DNA of 32,000 nt, taken from Salmonella phage SP1. Below the pieces are notes generated by a model. That model did no database searches. It had not been told where the DNA came from and worked only from the letters and a program-made list of their open reading frames with translations. The stretch's first letter is position 1, and each line of letters starts with the position of its first letter. Made by a program: the position numbers and the translations under genes. The DNA lies in the sequence record MF001362.1. One strand, given 5' to 3'. Of the stretch, positions 7,620-15,039 are shown piece by piece.

Positions 7620-7889
7620 CCAAACACAGTAAGCGTTGCAGCCAGCTGTGTATAAAATGGGGTGACTCCACATCGGAAACGATGCCCCAACTTCCAGAAA
7701 TGGTCGGGCGTGAAGCCTGTAAAGTTCCAGGAGATCAGACCAGAAGGCACTGGTCGCCTTGTTAACCAATCGACGCTTCGGCGTGGGGAGTTGGACAGGC
7801 AGATGAAATGCTCAATCGGGTGTGAAGCCCGTCCATATTACGCTCGGTCAAGCAGTCTGTTTGTAGACGGTCGGTGCGGGTTTTGCAAG

Positions 7890-7975
7890 ACTCGTTTAGG
7901 CTAACAAATGGATGAGGCGCGACTCTCTGGGTTGATCACCAGAGTGCTGGGGTTCAAATCCTCTAACGAGCACCA
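7890..7975 (+). ncRNA. tRNA-like element ending in CCA; atypical tRNA or tRNA remnant
   Basis: 3' side is ..GGGG TTCAAAT CCTC T AACGAGC A CCA; 5' partner could be ACTCGTT (7890) or GCTCGGT (7842), each with one mismatch. Internal hairpin TCTGG GTTGATCA CCAGA has an 8-nt loop. Confidence 0.4.
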
Positions 7976-7981
7976 AACAAC

Positions 7982-8065
7982 GTGAGTGTGGCAGAGCGGT
8001 CGAATGCAGGAGACTGTAAATCTCCCCGTAACAGCGCGGTGGTTCAAATCCATCCACTCACACCA
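7982..8065 (+). tRNA. tRNA-Tyr (anticodon GTA)
   Basis: Class II tRNA: GTGAGTG ... GGAGA CTGTAAA TCTCC, long variable arm, GGTGG TTCAAAT CCATC CACTCAC A CCA. Confidence 0.93.
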
Positions 8066-8163
8066 AATTTGCGATCATCGCGGAAATCCCAGACGCGAGT
8101 GGATGCCAGGGCGGAAGACTGGCACATGGGCACCGACGGCAAAGGTGCTCTAACTCCTGGAAT

Positions 8164-8226
8164 TGGGTGGCCTGAATGGTAGGGAAAGCGAGCCAAGCGT
8201 TGTGGGTTCAACTCCCACTCACCCAG
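8164..8226 (+). ncRNA. short tRNA-like element (~63 nt), non-canonical
   Basis: TGGGTGG / TCACCCA plus a perfect T-arm GTGGG TTCAACT CCCAC; the anticodon-like segment GAGCCAA is poorly paired and no variable loop remains. Confidence 0.35.
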
Positions 8227-8265
8227 CCCCAGATGGAATGGGTCCATCATCGCAAATCAAATTAT

Positions 8266-8420
8266 GAGTGTGACTTCCTGAAGATGAAGAAGGTGTGCAT
8301 GCCGACTTCATAACAATCTGGGGTTAAGGAAGTTAAGAAAGTCGCAGGATATGCAAGTGAAATGCAAATAGCTTTCAGCGTCCTGACGATTTCGGGTTCG
8401 ATTCCCGACGCACTCTCCCA
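8266..8420 (+). ncRNA. tRNA-like structured element (~150 nt)
   Basis: GAGTGTG/CGCACTC (one G.U), D-arm-like CTTC..GAAG, T-arm TCGGG TTCGATT CCCGA, 3' TCCCA; about 100 nt of extra sequence between D-like and T arms. Confidence 0.45.
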
Positions 8421-8480
8421 AACGCCTAATACTAGAAATTGCTGTGAGTAGTCTTTCCATCCCCACGATGGTTTAACCAT

Positions 8481-8510
8481 AGCCCGATCAGGAAGATCGG
8501 GCTTCTTTTT
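8481..8510 (+). terminator. Rho-independent terminator
   Basis: AGCCCGATC AGGAA GATCGGGCT followed by TCTTTTTG. Confidence 0.9.
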
Positions 8511-8550
8511 GTCTATAATAAATAGATCTGACTTGTAAAGGAGGTCTATT

Positions 8551-8784
8551 ATGGCAACTGCTAAGATCATACCAAACGCAAGTACATGGACACAAGTCTC
8601 AGACGGAACATCTTTGAAAACTCTTCAAGTGACTCACGGTTCTGTGTATTTGTGCGATAGCCCTAGTATTCCAACGGGTAACAACGCGCACATCATATAT
8701 CAAGGAAATATGGTCGTTTTAACCCCGCCGACGGTGGGTTGGGTTAAGGCAATTAATTCTGATGCGACAGTTATCGTTTCTTAA
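8551..8784 (+). CDS. small hypothetical protein, possibly virion-associated
   Basis: 77-aa ORF with AAAGGAGG Shine-Dalgarno. Confidence 0.75.
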   Translation: MATAKIIPNASTWTQVSDGTSLKTLQVTHGSVYLCDSPSIPTGNNAHIIYQGNMVVLTPPTVGWVKAINSDATVIVS

Positions 8785-8793
8785 GGGGGAGAT

Positions 8794-9312
8794 ATGGCTA
8801 TTTTGACATCTCCCTATTTGGGGAATATGCTTCAGACCCACCGCATTAAAACAGAAGTCAGATTTTCTGGATTGTCACAACTGCTAACTTCTGGGGCAAC
8901 TGGAATAGATTTATTAACCGTGTTGGATGGGAAGACTCCGAACCCTTCTTCTCCTACTGGTTTAGCCCCGTTTTTTAAATTATCAGATCACAAATTTCAT
9001 GCGTTTCCCTATGATTCTATTCTTCCGGTGAAGGTTAATATTGTCGGATCATGGTCTGGGTCTACTTCTAATAGAACTATGATATTAGATTTTGTGGGTT
9101 CTGTGGGGAACCAGTTATCAAGAAGTCGTGATGCTAGCGTACCGCCGCCGGACACTTTGTCTTTCATTACATTCTTCAGCGTTGACAAGGATGGGAACCT
9201 GGCGACCAACGGAGCGCAAATGAAACTGTACTCTTATGGTGGTGACTTTACAATTACCGAGGTCGTGTTGATCGCTGAGCAGGTTGTCCCACTCTATATG
9301 ACTAGTATTTGA
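8794..9312 (+). CDS. hypothetical protein
   Basis: 172-aa ORF with AGGGGGAG upstream; beta-rich composition suggests a structural/decoration role (inference). Confidence 0.75.
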   Translation: MAILTSPYLGNMLQTHRIKTEVRFSGLSQLLTSGATGIDLLTVLDGKTPNPSSPTGLAPFFKLSDHKFHAFPYDSILPVKVNIVGSWSGSTSNRTMILDFVGSVGNQLSRSRDASVPPPDTLSFITFFSVDKDGNLATNGAQMKLYSYGGDFTITEVVLIAEQVVPLYMTSI

Positions 9313-9331
9313 TTTGTTCAATGAGAATAAG

Positions 9332-9366
9332 GGGTTTAAAATTTAACCGTTTATAAACCCCTTCAT
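9332..9366 (+). terminator. candidate terminator hairpin
   Basis: AAGGGGTTT ... AAACCCCTT; no strong T-run downstream. Confidence 0.4.
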
Positions 9367-9383
9367 TGATTTGAGGAAACAAC

Positions 9384-10085
9384 ATGCGTAATGTTACGAT
9401 TTGGGATTACAACGATGTCGTTTGTGACCTGCCTCCATTTGCTCGCCTGTACACATACAAAGGGAACAAACGTACTCTGAATGAGTTCTTGTATCCGGCA
9501 TATATCTATCGGGACGGGCATCTTGCTCCGCGATCACTTGAAGAAACTGGTGTGTGTACTCCTTTTGATATCAACAAGAAAGGGCAAGCGGTATTCATTG
9601 GTTATTCCAGCGAAGACGACATGGTAAATGGTCGACGCGGTCTGTATATGGTGTTCAATACATTTGAGCAAGCCGTGAATTGGTTATTCAAAAATGGTTA
9701 TGATTTCTATGGTGAAGAGAGTTCTACTGCTCGCCGCCGTAAAGTAAAGAATGTTGATTTCTACGCAGAGCGCAAGAAATATCTGGATATCGCTCATCAA
9801 TATGAGCAATCTAAGAAATCCGTTCTAATCAAACCATGCGTTACGGTCGGTGAAGAAGTGAGTGTCGTGGACAATTCCTATTTGGATCAGGCAATTAAAT
9901 CTTTGAAGCCAACTCCTCTGGCCAGTGGTGCTCCGGTTGTTAAACATGACAGTTCAATCCCGACACCGCCTACTCCTCCGGCCAGTCGTGTTCTGAATGA
10001 TCAGGGCGCTCCGGTAAAACAAAAGGTCGAGAAGCCGACTTTCATGGATAACATGATGAAGTTCCTTCGTCTGTTCAAGAAGTAA
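9384..10085 (+). CDS. hypothetical protein
   Basis: 233-aa ORF with GAGGAaacaac before ATG; Pro/Thr/Ser-rich C-terminal linker. Confidence 0.8.
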   Translation: MRNVTIWDYNDVVCDLPPFARLYTYKGNKRTLNEFLYPAYIYRDGHLAPRSLEETGVCTPFDINKKGQAVFIGYSSEDDMVNGRRGLYMVFNTFEQAVNWLFKNGYDFYGEESSTARRRKVKNVDFYAERKKYLDIAHQYEQSKKSVLIKPCVTVGEEVSVVDNSYLDQAIKSLKPTPLASGAPVVKHDSSIPTPPTPPASRVLNDQGAPVKQKVEKPTFMDNMMKFLRLFKK

Positions 10086-10154
10086 TCCGAGATTCTCCTT
10101 TTCTATACTCCTGTAGATACGCTATGATAAGCCAATGTCTACAGGAGAAATAGA

Positions 10155-11348
10155 ATGAACAAAACCATCTTCGATACTCTTTCCCTCAACCGCGATCTGG
10201 TTCATTGGGAAGATTATCTCTACAAACACACCCCGTGCGAACTTATTGCCAATCCAGAAACCAATCAGCAGGTTTGGTTCAAACGTGAAGATTACTTCGC
10301 GCCTTTGTCATGCTATATGAATGGCAAGCAAGGGATCAATGGCAGCAAACTCCGTCAGGCCATCTGGCTCATGATGGAGCATCTTAAAGCGGGAGGATCC
10401 CCAGATCTTATCCATGGTACTGTCGTTGGTAGTCCGCAGTCCCCTATGGCGACGGCAGTCTCACGGCATTTCGGCGGCAAGACAACCACTGTGCTGGGTG
10501 CCACTAAACCAACCACATGCATGAATCATGATATGGTTTCAATGTCAGCATGGTTTGGTAGTGAGTTCAACTTTGTTGGATCTGGTTACAATAGCACCAT
10601 TCAGCCGCGCTGTAAGAAACTCATTGAACAATTAAATCCAAAGGCGTATTATCTGGAATATGGCATTACATTGGATCATACCGTTCATTCACCAGAACGC
10701 ATTGCTGGATTCCATATGCTGGGTGGTGAGCAGGTTGCCAATATCCCAGACCATATCACTGATCTGATCATTCCTGCTGGTTCTTGTAATTCATGCACCA
10801 GTATCCTGACAGGTTTGGCGATGCATCCGAAACCAAATCTGAAGAATGTCTATCTGATCGGGATTGGCCCAAACCGATTAGATTTCATTGAAAATCGTTT
10901 GCGCATTATCGGTAAACAAGCAAACCTCCCTCACATAACTGATTTCACTCGTCGCTATCACGACAACCCAGATTATGTGTATGGTAAGAAGGATCTCCAG
11001 CATGCCTCTAAGAGCGTTTCGCTGGCTGGCCTCCTAAGTGGTATCAGGCCAAAGAACGAGCCGGATATCGTGCTTCCTCGTTTTGAGGTACACCATTGGG
11101 ATCTTCATACCACTAATTGGGTTCGTTACAACGACCTCATGGATTACCAGTGGGGAGATATTGAGTTGCACCCTCGTTATGAAGGGAAGGTGATGACATG
11201 GATACAGGAACACAAACCAGAATTGCTTAATGAGAACTCATTGTTTTGGATCGTGGGTAGCAAGCCATATCTGGAAGCGATGAAAGCTGCTTGTCCTGAA
11301 TTATCAATACCTGAACATGTCCCTGTGAATGAGTTTGTCCCCAGCTAA
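10155..11348 (+). CDS. PLP-dependent enzyme, fold type II (ACC deaminase / D-cysteine desulfhydrase-like)
   Basis: VWFKREDYFAPLSCYMNGKQGINGSKLRQAIWLM matches the KxED..P...(N)GxKxR lysine region of tryptophan-synthase-beta superfamily enzymes; GAGSCNSCTSILTGLA-like phosphate-binding segment (PAGSCNSCTSIL). Confidence 0.75.
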   Translation: MNKTIFDTLSLNRDLVHWEDYLYKHTPCELIANPETNQQVWFKREDYFAPLSCYMNGKQGINGSKLRQAIWLMMEHLKAGGSPDLIHGTVVGSPQSPMATAVSRHFGGKTTTVLGATKPTTCMNHDMVSMSAWFGSEFNFVGSGYNSTIQPRCKKLIEQLNPKAYYLEYGITLDHTVHSPERIAGFHMLGGEQVANIPDHITDLIIPAGSCNSCTSILTGLAMHPKPNLKNVYLIGIGPNRLDFIENRLRIIGKQANLPHITDFTRRYHDNPDYVYGKKDLQHASKSVSLAGLLSGIRPKNEPDIVLPRFEVHHWDLHTTNWVRYNDLMDYQWGDIELHPRYEGKVMTWIQEHKPELLNENSLFWIVGSKPYLEAMKAACPELSIPEHVPVNEFVPS

Positions 11349-11387
11349 TCCATCCTAAATACCCCATACGACCAGTGTGGGGTATCT

Positions 11388-11837
11388 ATGAAAACCTTTC
11401 TAGAATTTTATCGCGAATCAACGTTACCTGATTTTACGAATATCGTTTTGTATCATGGGTCTAATGTTGAATTCGATATCTTTGATTTTGAAAAATTTGG
11501 CCAGACTGACTCTGGTACGATGGGTGCTGGGTTTTACCTGACGGGGGATCCAGAAAAGGCACAGATCTACGCAGAAAATGCCGTGCGCTATCGTCAATCT
11601 GGTGAACCTATTGTCGTGGCATTTCGTGTCAAGGCCAAGAAGACTCTTGTAATAGATTCCAACAATGTTTCGGTGTGGGAAAATAAAATGCGTGAGTTGG
11701 GGATAAAGCCTGGTAAGATACATGATAATGTGAAAGAACTTATCAACAAAGGGTTCGATTCCATAGCCTCTATGAGTGCCAATAACGTTGAGGAAATGGT
11801 GGTGTTTAAGCCAGGGTTGGCGACCAGAGAAGCCTAA
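11388..11837 (+). CDS. small ADP-ribosyltransferase-like protein
   Basis: VLYHGSNVEFDIFD ... GTMGAGFYLTGDPEKAQIYAENA ... NVEEMVVFKP fits the ART pattern (YHGS, GFYLT...A..YA, [E/Q]-X-VVF). N-terminus MKTFLEFYRES resembles the T4 capsid-targeting sequence. Confidence 0.65.
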   Translation: MKTFLEFYRESTLPDFTNIVLYHGSNVEFDIFDFEKFGQTDSGTMGAGFYLTGDPEKAQIYAENAVRYRQSGEPIVVAFRVKAKKTLVIDSNNVSVWENKMRELGIKPGKIHDNVKELINKGFDSIASMSANNVEEMVVFKPGLATREA

Positions 11838-11872
11838 ATAGTCCAAAGCGGTTTATTCAAGAGGACATTACC

Positions 11873-12331
11873 ATGCCAATTTCGAAATTATTTGAAGCGG
11901 ATTCCCCAGCAGACATGCCTATCTGGACTGGTGTTCAAGACGGGACTACGATTGAATTCTTTGAGCGCGGGGAAACAGGCGCTGAAGAGATTTATGCTTC
12001 CGTGCAAGGGACAGACGTCGTCCGCGCCGCCGTAGCTCTTGCTACATTTTTAGAGGACGCCCCGATTGACGGTATCCCGTTTGAAGCCCATGTGGACCCA
12101 GAAGACCCGACGTCTATCATCATTACAGTCCAGGGTGCTGAATATACATCTTACAGTATTGAGCACGATGAAGAAACAGGGGCGCTGTTTATAGCCACGG
12201 ATCTTCAGTTGGATGATGAAGAGATCGAATACCTGAAGCAAAATGGACGTCTCCCTGAATATTCTGATGAAGAATTGGATTCAGCGTTTGACAACGTAGA
12301 CGATGATGACGACTTTTGGGATGGGAAATAA
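11873..12331 (+). CDS. hypothetical acidic protein
   Basis: 152-aa ORF with AAGAGGAc upstream; very acidic C-terminus. Confidence 0.8.
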   Translation: MPISKLFEADSPADMPIWTGVQDGTTIEFFERGETGAEEIYASVQGTDVVRAAVALATFLEDAPIDGIPFEAHVDPEDPTSIIITVQGAEYTSYSIEHDEETGALFIATDLQLDDEEIEYLKQNGRLPEYSDEELDSAFDNVDDDDDFWDGK

Positions 12332-12358
12332 ACAAAGGGGCTTAATGCCCCTTTGTTT
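12330..12358. terminator. bidirectional terminator between convergent genes
   Basis: AAACAAAGGGGC TTAAT GCCCCTTTGTTT, 12-bp perfect stem. Confidence 0.85.
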
Positions 12359-12732
12359 TAGATATCGTTTGTGTGTACTGTGAATCTCATTGTTACGACA
12401 TCTGTTCTTTCATCCTTGTGTAATTCGAACTTCAAACCTTCCTTCAGAAGACTCGCCGCCAACAATGTTTTGAACTTTTCGACTTGCTTGTCTGTTGGGT
12501 ATTTTTGAGACTTATATGCCTGTTCAAATGCTGTTAATATTTCGTCAAACCTGTGGCCACCAACAGCGTACACCATGTCATCAATTTCAACTCCGCGATT
12601 TGCTTGGGAAACGAGTTGCTTCTTCATTTTGCAAACAAAGATATCAACGGCTTTTTCAACTATCCCCATGGCTTCCCAAATCTGAGCCTGGTCAATCGTA
12701 GTCTGTAATTCTTGTGCGAAGTTTTTCATCAT
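12358..12732 (-). CDS. hypothetical protein
   Basis: 124-aa ORF with AGGAAGGTGAA upstream of the start. Confidence 0.75.
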   Translation of the reverse strand: MMKNFAQELQTTIDQAQIWEAMGIVEKAVDIFVCKMKKQLVSQANRGVEIDDMVYAVGGHRFDEILTAFEQAYKSQKYPTDKQVEKFKTLLAASLLKEGLKFELHKDERTDVVTMRFTVHTNDI

Positions 12733-13271
12733 TTCACCTTCCTCGTTGGATATTGGTTAAAGAGTTTGCCCAGCTTGGACACATTGATAATCGTCTGAGT
12801 CTTCCAGCGCTCGATCCCCTCTGGTGTAGTCACGGTTAGGATTGAATAACCCCATATATGGGAACCATTCAGCACAGCCGCGCTGTGCCCACCAATTTTG
12901 TCTTCCAGTTTACAAATGAAAGACTCATATTGCATCGCAGCGTTTCGACGTGCTTCTTTGACAAACAGAGCATGGCGCTCAGGATCAGCTTTGACAATAT
13001 CCGGCTTCCCAGGTATGTAAGAAGGATTCACTGCCTGGGTCAAAGAACGGTAGAGCGCATGTTTTGATTTCATTCGTTGGTAATCTGGATCACCAAACTT
13101 GACACCAACCGAAGATGGCCACGGAGCGCACTTCTCGACGTCCCAGCCGTTGGATGCCAGATCGTCCATTATGTTCTTGATGACTTTGTTCGCGTACTGC
13201 TCAGCAGCATTCTCAGCATCAACCAGCAGAGGCTCGACGGCAATACGGACAGGAGTTTTTGGGGTGCTCAT
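12729..13271 (-). CDS. hypothetical protein
   Basis: Start MSTPKTPVRIAVEPLL chosen within the 185-aa ORF; overlaps the next gene by 4 nt. Confidence 0.7.
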   Translation of the reverse strand: MSTPKTPVRIAVEPLLVDAENAAEQYANKVIKNIMDDLASNGWDVEKCAPWPSSVGVKFGDPDYQRMKSKHALYRSLTQAVNPSYIPGKPDIVKADPERHALFVKEARRNAAMQYESFICKLEDKIGGHSAAVLNGSHIWGYSILTVTTPEGIERWKTQTIINVSKLGKLFNQYPTRKVK

Positions 13272-13282
13272 GATATAGTCCT

Positions 13283-13432
13283 TCATTCAGACAGAAGACG
13301 GGCGCGGACATAACCCAGGATGTACGAAACCATACCGTACAGCAGGACAGTCAGGTCACTGGGGATTAGGTGATACTTGCCGATGTCGGCCATGGCCAGA
13401 AATGCGAATACTACCCACACGATAAAAATCAT
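13283..13432 (-). CDS. small membrane protein (49 aa)
   Basis: MIFIVWVVFAFLAMADIGKYHLIPSDLTVLLYGMVSYILGYVRARLLSE*; not in the supplied track. Two hydrophobic segments. Confidence 0.5.
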   Translation of the reverse strand: MIFIVWVVFAFLAMADIGKYHLIPSDLTVLLYGMVSYILGYVRARLLSE

Positions 13433-13480
13433 AATATAGTCCTTCAGTTCAAAGTAAGCCCCCGAAGGGGCTTTGTCATA

Positions 13481-14038
13481 TTAGAGGCGGGAATCCAACC
13501 ATGCGTTCTTTTCATTCTGCCATTCCCAAGCGGCCTGACCACCAGCCATGATAACTTCCAGAGAAGGAGTATTGTCATCCTCGCCGCCGTGAAGATCTGG
13601 ATCAAATCCATCATCTTCCGGATCATCTTCACATTCGTTCTGATATGCGGAATATTCAATATAATGCGCTTCGGCTTCGTAATCCATGTCTCCCAGAGCA
13701 GTCTCAAGAGTCATTTTACCTTCGGCAATCAGCTCAGCCGTTGCGTCGTCCAGACCTGCGTCTTTCGCTTCAACGAACAGTTCGTGACGTTTCTGGAAGA
13801 AAAAGAATTGCATGGCGGCAGAACGTGAATCAAAGAATTCTTGACGAGGAGCAGTGATATCACGCCCATCAATTTTACTTACCATCACGACACGAGAACC
13901 GTACTCAACCAGGAAGCGACCGCCTTTTACGGGGTTGCTGCCGTCAACTGTGCCCAAAGTGGTGATTACACGGCCTTCTTCGGTGCCGAACAATACAGTT
14001 TTGCCGGATTTGGATTGAGCGATAATTTCGATTGCCAT
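13481..14038 (-). CDS. hypothetical acidic protein
   Basis: Start chosen at MAIEIIAQSKSGKTVLFG (14038) with AGAGAAGGAAAT upstream; the upstream 60 codons are the leader region. Confidence 0.75.
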   Translation of the reverse strand: MAIEIIAQSKSGKTVLFGTEEGRVITTLGTVDGSNPVKGGRFLVEYGSRVVMVSKIDGRDITAPRQEFFDSRSAAMQFFFFQKRHELFVEAKDAGLDDATAELIAEGKMTLETALGDMDYEAEAHYIEYSAYQNECEDDPEDDGFDPDLHGGEDDNTPSLEVIMAGGQAAWEWQNEKNAWLDSRL

Positions 14039-14059
14039 GATGTATTTCCTTCTCTTCAG

Positions 14060-14100
14060 ATTGTTGTTTGTTCGTACTACAATTAGAAGTATACGCCAGT
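14060..14100 (-). promoter_or_regulatory. candidate sigma70-like promoter (minus strand)
   Basis: Minus strand reads TTTACT-TCTTCAATAACTGGCG(16)-TATACT upstream of the gene starting at 14038; left/right limits approximate. Confidence 0.4.
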
Positions 14101-14133
14101 TATTGAAGAAGTAAACTTTATTCAATAAATATT

Positions 14134-14346
14134 TTAATAAATTTTGAACTCTGCTCCTTTGTACACTGCTGTCCCTCGTTCTATGAGGCCGTCGGGGACA
14201 ACCACCTTTGTGGGCCATCCGCCGTCCGGTGCTTTGACAGTCAGGCGTGTCTTATGATCACCCAGCTGAATCTGTTCGTAAATCCTTCCTCTCACTATCG
14301 TCGCCCCGCCTTGGGTGACGAGCAATCTCTTGTTTACCACTTTCAT
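14134..14346 (-). CDS. small hypothetical protein
   Basis: 70-aa ORF MKVVNKRLLVTQGGATIVRGRIYEQIQ... Confidence 0.6.
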   Translation of the reverse strand: MKVVNKRLLVTQGGATIVRGRIYEQIQLGDHKTRLTVKAPDGGWPTKVVVPDGLIERGTAVYKGAEFKIY

Positions 14347-14387
14347 TCCTTAACACCAAAAGAAAGGGGAGTTTCCTCCCCTCTAAC

Positions 14388-14978
14388 TTATTTCTTCAGA
14401 TCAGGCCACGCACCAGAGGTCGCAGTAGACCCAGCTGGGGGAGCAGACTCAAGATCGGGAGAACCCGACTGAGTAACAACAGTGGGATCTTTGTTAACCA
14501 CTTTGACCCCAAACTGCTTGAGAGCATCCACAGCTTGCGCCTTCCGGCTGTTGCTTTTGTAATGGTTATACCCCTTGATACCGAATGATGCACTAATTGC
14601 TGTCAATAACGAATAGGTATACCATTCAGGTGCGGTATCGAGCGCCTGGAGGCCGCCGATTACTGCTTTGATGAAATCCCCTTTATGATACTCATCAGGG
14701 AACAGAATTAGTTCCACAACCGGAGCAGTCATGACGAGGATAGCGGGTACGGCCAACACGATAGTCCAGAATTCGTCTTTCCAAGACCCGCCGACTTCGG
14801 TGATCTTAGACAGCTCCCAATCTGAGGAGGACTTGATAGCCTCCAGCTTGACATCGTGTTTGGCCTGAACAACTTCCCGCTTGTATTGGATCAAATCAGT
14901 CCCGAGGTTCCAGAGTTGCTTGAGCGCCCCTGGGATCATACTCACAAAGGGGATTGCCATAATAAACTCCTTGGTCAT
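14388..14978 (-). CDS. 3TM holin-like protein (GTA_holin_3TM type)
   Basis: SSDWELSKITEVGGSWKDEFWTIVLAVPAILVMTAPVVELILF...ALDTAPEWYTYSLLTAISASFGIKGYNHY resembles the W-x-DE-..-P..-PEWY..-FG pattern of this holin family. Confidence 0.6.
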   Translation of the reverse strand: MTKEFIMAIPFVSMIPGALKQLWNLGTDLIQYKREVVQAKHDVKLEAIKSSSDWELSKITEVGGSWKDEFWTIVLAVPAILVMTAPVVELILFPDEYHKGDFIKAVIGGLQALDTAPEWYTYSLLTAISASFGIKGYNHYKSNSRKAQAVDALKQFGVKVVNKDPTVVTQSGSPDLESAPPAGSTATSGAWPDLKK

Positions 14979-15039
14979 TGAACGTTCCTCGGCTAAATTA
15001 CGGGGACGTGCTAACGGCACGGTTAACCGGAGACAAACA

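Larger units (their letters stand above)
3865..8510 (+). other. tRNA/structured RNA block
   Basis: About 4.6 kb between coding blocks with three canonical tRNAs, several T-arm-like GGTTCRAxTCC hairpins, and many exact long inverted repeats (9-22 bp); few credible ORFs. Confidence 0.7.

Noticed and set aside
3733-8250. Numerous 60-120 aa ORFs in all frames across the tRNA/ncRNA block (e.g. 5781..6089, 6202..6567, 7482..7769)
   Set aside because: They overlap tRNAs, hairpins and each other on both strands, lack convincing RBS and show low-complexity Arg/Ser/Cys-rich composition expected from translated structured RNA.
3865-8510. RNase P RNA, tmRNA or group I/II intron as explanation for the structured block
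   Set aside because: None of the hallmark conserved cores that I know for these RNAs was found by eye. A covariance-model search would be decisive.
11424-11846. 140-aa antisense ORF opposite the ART-like gene, considered as an antitoxin-like partner
   Set aside because: Entirely antisense to a well-supported ORF, no RBS-supported context, composition typical of a shadow ORF.
11873-11908. MPISKLFEADS as a further capsid-targeting peptide (cf. T4 Alt MELITELFDED)
   Set aside because: Only a loose resemblance; not strong enough to claim alongside the two MKTFx[ED]F proteins, though worth including in a virion proteomics check.
14881-15039. Track ORF start for DNA polymerase at 14881
   Set aside because: This overlaps the divergent holin-like gene; the ATG at 15040 has a CGGAG site and begins a normal family B N-terminus.
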